In this document: positions 61,041 through 64,000 of the stretch, piece by piece
Position numbering within the stretch: position 1 is the stretch's first letter
Layout: every line of letters starts with the position of its first letter
Virus record (IMG/VR): IMGVR_UViG_3300021400_001692
Location: 1 to 64,000 of that record
DNA from: a virus
Lineage: Duplodnaviria; Caudoviricetes
DNA: 64,000 nt
Strand: one strand, 5' to 3'
Notes under the pieces: generated by a model
Databases searched by the model: none
Seen by the model: only the letters and a program-made list of their open reading frames with translations
What the model was told of the DNA's origin: nothing
Made by a program: the position numbers and the translations under genes

Positions 61041-63049
61041 TGGCTAACTTAGTTGAAAGGCCGGAATGGCCGGATTACATATACAGGCTGCAGGCGCACA
61101 CGGATCCCGTGTCTGGCGGCTCCGAGGGCGTGCATAACCGCCAGCCCAGCCAGGTTGCCAACCGCACCCGCTGGCTGCTTACCATGCTTTCCAGGGAGCA
61201 CTCCATCACGCGCAACACGCACCTTGTTTCCGCCGAGCAGGTTGCCGAGGACGCCGCCATCGACGAAGAGAAGGTTGTGCTCGATGCCACGTTCGGCGAG
61301 CTGCGCGAAGCCCTTGCCGAAGCCGCGGCCAACATTGCCCTTGCCGAAGAGAAGGGCGCCGAGTTTGCCGGTTCCGACGGATACAGGCTGGAAGCCCTGA
61401 TGCAGGCGCAGATACGGCTTTGGAAAACAGGCGCGCACCAGCACGCCTGGGAGTTTTTCCGCGGGGCGCTCACCATATCCGGAGCGGCGAAGCCGACGCC
61501 CATTTTCTCGACCGTGCGCGGCGACGACACCATCCTCATTCACGACGTTTCCGGAATTTCCGTAGGCCAGGCGCTGCTTGCATGGTCTGGCGACGGAACG
61601 GACACGGAAGCGTTTGTTGTGAAGGAGATTCTGCACGACACCAGCATTGACGAGTACCGCATACTGGCCGATCATGCGCTGGAGCACACCCGTGATGGCG
61701 GCTACGTCGGCGCAACCAGCTGGGACGTGAAGGACGGCTACGCCATTGCCAAGCCTGGCAGCATCTACATGGCCGCAGGCGTCACCACGCTGTCCGAAGC
61801 GTGCTCCGGCCTGCTTGTTATGCATGCCGACCAGGAGCTCAGCGTTTATGTGCGCATGTCCGGCGAAGACACCTGGCAGAACATTGCAGTGTCTGACATT
61901 GTGAGCGGCGAAGACGGCGTCGACTACCTTTACAAACTGCCCAGTGGCGTATTCGACTTGCGCATAGTGAACAACTCCGGCGAAGACGCCGAGGTTGGCT
62001 ACCTGGGCATTATCCCCGACCGCCCTGCGCTGCGCCCCGATCCGATACGCAAGCCCAAGATGTATCTTCCGGCTGCCGGAACCGTGTACCGCGATGATCT
62101 TGCCCCGGTGGCTGACCTCCCAAGGGTGGCGTACGGAGATAACATAACAGGGGTTGATTTCTGGTTCCATAGCGACAATGTGGACAAGGTTTACCATTCA
62201 CAGGGGGCGCCTTTTTATCAGGTGCTGACCAGGATTCCTGCATCGTCGCTTAATGAGGTTGAGCAGGAGTTCAATGCTGCTTATAACGACGGCATCCTTA
62301 GCTGGAGCGGCATGCGCATATACGTGTTTTCAGATGAAGGCGTTGTTAGCAGTGCAGAGCTGACTCAAGCAGAGAGCTCAGACGACTCCATAAAAAACAA
62401 GGCGGACGAGCTTGTCCCAGCAGGCAACGTAATGTGCATGGACATTATGTCCTCCCCGGGCCGTGGACCGTTCATACGTTTCTTTACTAGGCACGGCAAC
62501 GCGTGGTCTTTGTTTATGGGAGTAGTGCTCCAGGCAGGAAAAAGCATAAGCAGCAGCACCGAAGTAGATGATTGCCGTGCCTATGTGAACGCTTCACTAG
62601 ATGCGGAGGCAATCAAGCTGAACGACATGTCCTTTACGGAAATCAGCACCCCGGGCACCACCCTTAGCCCAGAAGATATCCCTGTCGAGGCGGAAGACGC
62701 TTCGCGCCTCTGGCCAGACCTCGTCGAAGGCCAGTGGGAAATCCGCTGCCGCTACGTAAGCGATGTCGGCGACGAGTCCGACTGGTCAGATCCAGTCGCC
62801 ATACGCCTGGTTGATCCGGTCCGCTACTTCAGCATGTACACCACCACGGACGAAGATCATAACAATGCCCATTACGGGCCGTTCGGCAGCACTGAGGACG
62901 ACAGCGAAGGCGATATCCGCGATGCCGAGCGTTCCGGCGCGATGTATTCCCTCAAGGACGTCACCATTGGCCGCTTCGGCTTCGCCGGTGGAACCGATAC
63001 CTACGGATTCGATAACGGCACGTTCATAGTGCCTGGAATGGAGAACTAG
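61040..63049 (+). CDS. Tail fibre base protein, paralog 3
   Basis: WPDYIYRLQ..DPVSGG..G..N.Q..QVANRT; GDDTIL; IRCRY.SD.G..SDWS. Confidence 0.7.
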   Translation: MANLVERPEWPDYIYRLQAHTDPVSGGSEGVHNRQPSQVANRTRWLLTMLSREHSITRNTHLVSAEQVAEDAAIDEEKVVLDATFGELREALAEAAANIALAEEKGAEFAGSDGYRLEALMQAQIRLWKTGAHQHAWEFFRGALTISGAAKPTPIFSTVRGDDTILIHDVSGISVGQALLAWSGDGTDTEAFVVKEILHDTSIDEYRILADHALEHTRDGGYVGATSWDVKDGYAIAKPGSIYMAAGVTTLSEACSGLLVMHADQELSVYVRMSGEDTWQNIAVSDIVSGEDGVDYLYKLPSGVFDLRIVNNSGEDAEVGYLGIIPDRPALRPDPIRKPKMYLPAAGTVYRDDLAPVADLPRVAYGDNITGVDFWFHSDNVDKVYHSQGAPFYQVLTRIPASSLNEVEQEFNAAYNDGILSWSGMRIYVFSDEGVVSSAELTQAESSDDSIKNKADELVPAGNVMCMDIMSSPGRGPFIRFFTRHGNAWSLFMGVVLQAGKSISSSTEVDDCRAYVNASLDAEAIKLNDMSFTEISTPGTTLSPEDIPVEAEDASRLWPDLVEGQWEIRCRYVSDVGDESDWSDPVAIRLVDPVRYFSMYTTTDEDHNNAHYGPFGSTEDDSEGDIRDAERSGAMYSLKDVTIGRFGFAGGTDTYGFDNGTFIVPGMEN

Positions 63050-63050
63050 A

Positions 63051-63611
63051 ATGAGCACTAAATATCCCGCGTGGGCGGCTGACGGCGGCAACAACGTCCA
63101 GATGCCCACCCCTGAGAAAATCGCTTCCGGATGGGTGCAGCGCGACTATCCGCCGAACGAGTATTTCAACTGGTGGCAGAACAGGGCGGACAGCCGCCTG
63201 GACAACCTTGAGTCTCCGCGCCTGATGAACACAGCCTACAGCGCTGCAAACGTCCGCGAGGGCGTGCTTGCCGACGGGTCGCAGTACGACGTGCCCGAAT
63301 ACGTCGTGGGCAGCGGGCAGCTCAAGGTGTTCCTTGACGGCATCCTGTGCATGTGCGCAGGCGTGTACAACAGCACGGGCACAACCGTGTCGGACACCCC
63401 CGAAGGCACGTACTTCGAAGTTGGGCAGAACGGCAACACATCGACCACCATCAAGTGGAACAACTCTACCGGAATAGCTACGGATATCGAGATATTCGTG
63501 GCGGTCCCGAATAGGGCCACGGAGAACACCTACATTGAAGCTGCTGCTGAACAGGCTGTTGCCGAAGCACTCGGCGCTGCCACTACTGTTACGCCTGGAG
63601 AACCTGAATAA
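63051..63611 (+). CDS. Tail-associated structural protein
   Basis: 186 aa; GW...PPNEYFNWWQNR motif and LKVFLDG beta module. Confidence 0.6.
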   Translation: MSTKYPAWAADGGNNVQMPTPEKIASGWVQRDYPPNEYFNWWQNRADSRLDNLESPRLMNTAYSAANVREGVLADGSQYDVPEYVVGSGQLKVFLDGILCMCAGVYNSTGTTVSDTPEGTYFEVGQNGNTSTTIKWNNSTGIATDIEIFVAVPNRATENTYIEAAAEQAVAEALGAATTVTPGEPE

Positions 63612-63628
63612 CAAAACGGGGCTGACCC

Positions 63629-64000
63629 ATGCAAACAGTGAACGGATCATATATGGACGTGAGCTTTTTTGACCGGCTAATGACTATGTCGGAAAACTTC
63701 TGGTATTGCCTCAACACCTCCATCATCGGAGGGTTCGGCGGAGCTATCTACCATCTTCTGACAAGCAAGGACAACTCGGTCAGGGCCTTTATGAAAGCCA
63801 TCGTCGTTTCCATGTTTGTCGGTCTCACTGTGGGGCTGTTCTGCAGCTATGCGCACCTCGACGTTGCCATAGCCTGCGGGCTTTCCGGGATATTCGGATT
63901 TGCCGGGGGCATCAGCATACTGTGGTTCATCTCCATGGTGCACAAGAAATTCGGCATCAACGCGAGCGCAGATATGATGCAGCTGCGCGAGGGCATACTT
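63629..64000 (+). CDS. Holin-like membrane protein (truncated by window end)
   Basis: Open frame to the window end; three hydrophobic segments (IIGGFGGAIYHLL; AIVVSMFVGLTVGLFC; IACGLSGIFGFAGGISILW); alternative ATGs at 63653, 63680, 63686. Confidence 0.55.
   Translation, partial: MQTVNGSYMDVSFFDRLMTMSENFWYCLNTSIIGGFGGAIYHLLTSKDNSVRAFMKAIVVSMFVGLTVGLFCSYAHLDVAIACGLSGIFGFAGGISILWFISMVHKKFGINASADMMQLREGIL

Noticed and set aside
9718-61049. Long antisense ORFs (e.g. 9718-11445, 23855-25438, 28152-29948, 35646-37619, 58336-59664, 59643-60875)
   Set aside because: They lie opposite well-supported GC-rich genes, have no RBS or recognisable motifs, and are expected shadows of strong codon bias
63680-63688. 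Met-Thr-Met as a lambda-S-type dual-start holin/antiholin motif
   Set aside because: It lacks the basic residue that defines that mechanism, and the true start is uncertain
1-64000. tRNA, rRNA, integrase, terminase or replication genes
   Set aside because: No cloverleaf or diagnostic motifs noticed in the short intergenic gaps or ORFs; tRNAscan-SE and HMM searches would be needed to exclude them formally

Overview
The whole window is the morphogenesis and lysis region of a large contractile-tailed (myovirus-like) dsDNA phage. Its host is probably diderm, since Rz/Rz1-like spanins are present. From left to right on the + strand: LamG and tail-fibre genes with C-terminal S74-type chaperone domains; a split lysis module (holin, spanins, amidase); a cluster of about 25 head-associated genes (13-32 kb) whose products are rich in a K-x-A motif and glycine-zipper hydrophobic helices, with a YugP-like metallopeptidase and a prohead protease; scaffold, decoration protein and HK97-like major capsid protein; neck, sheath, tube, spike/PAAR, G/GT chaperones with a -1 slippery site, tape measure (NlpC/P60 domain), hub, lytic transglycosylase, a phage sigma factor, baseplate wedge, three paralogous fibre-base proteins and a second, truncated holin-like gene. 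Six single-gene minus-strand cassettes interrupt these operons. Each has an (A)TAGCTAAAAA-like motif plus hairpin terminator at one end and a G(G/A)TATAAG promoter at the other. A separate motif, CAGCnnnGCAATATTTA, precedes the + strand operons and the sigma gene itself. The two strongest novelty candidates are (i) the K-x-A-marked, probably protease-processed array of membrane-active head proteins and (ii) a covarying, RBS-sequestering leader RNA shared by two paralogous cassettes. I saw no terminase, clear portal, replication genes, tRNA, CRISPR array or integrase. All functional calls come from motifs read by eye, not database searches.
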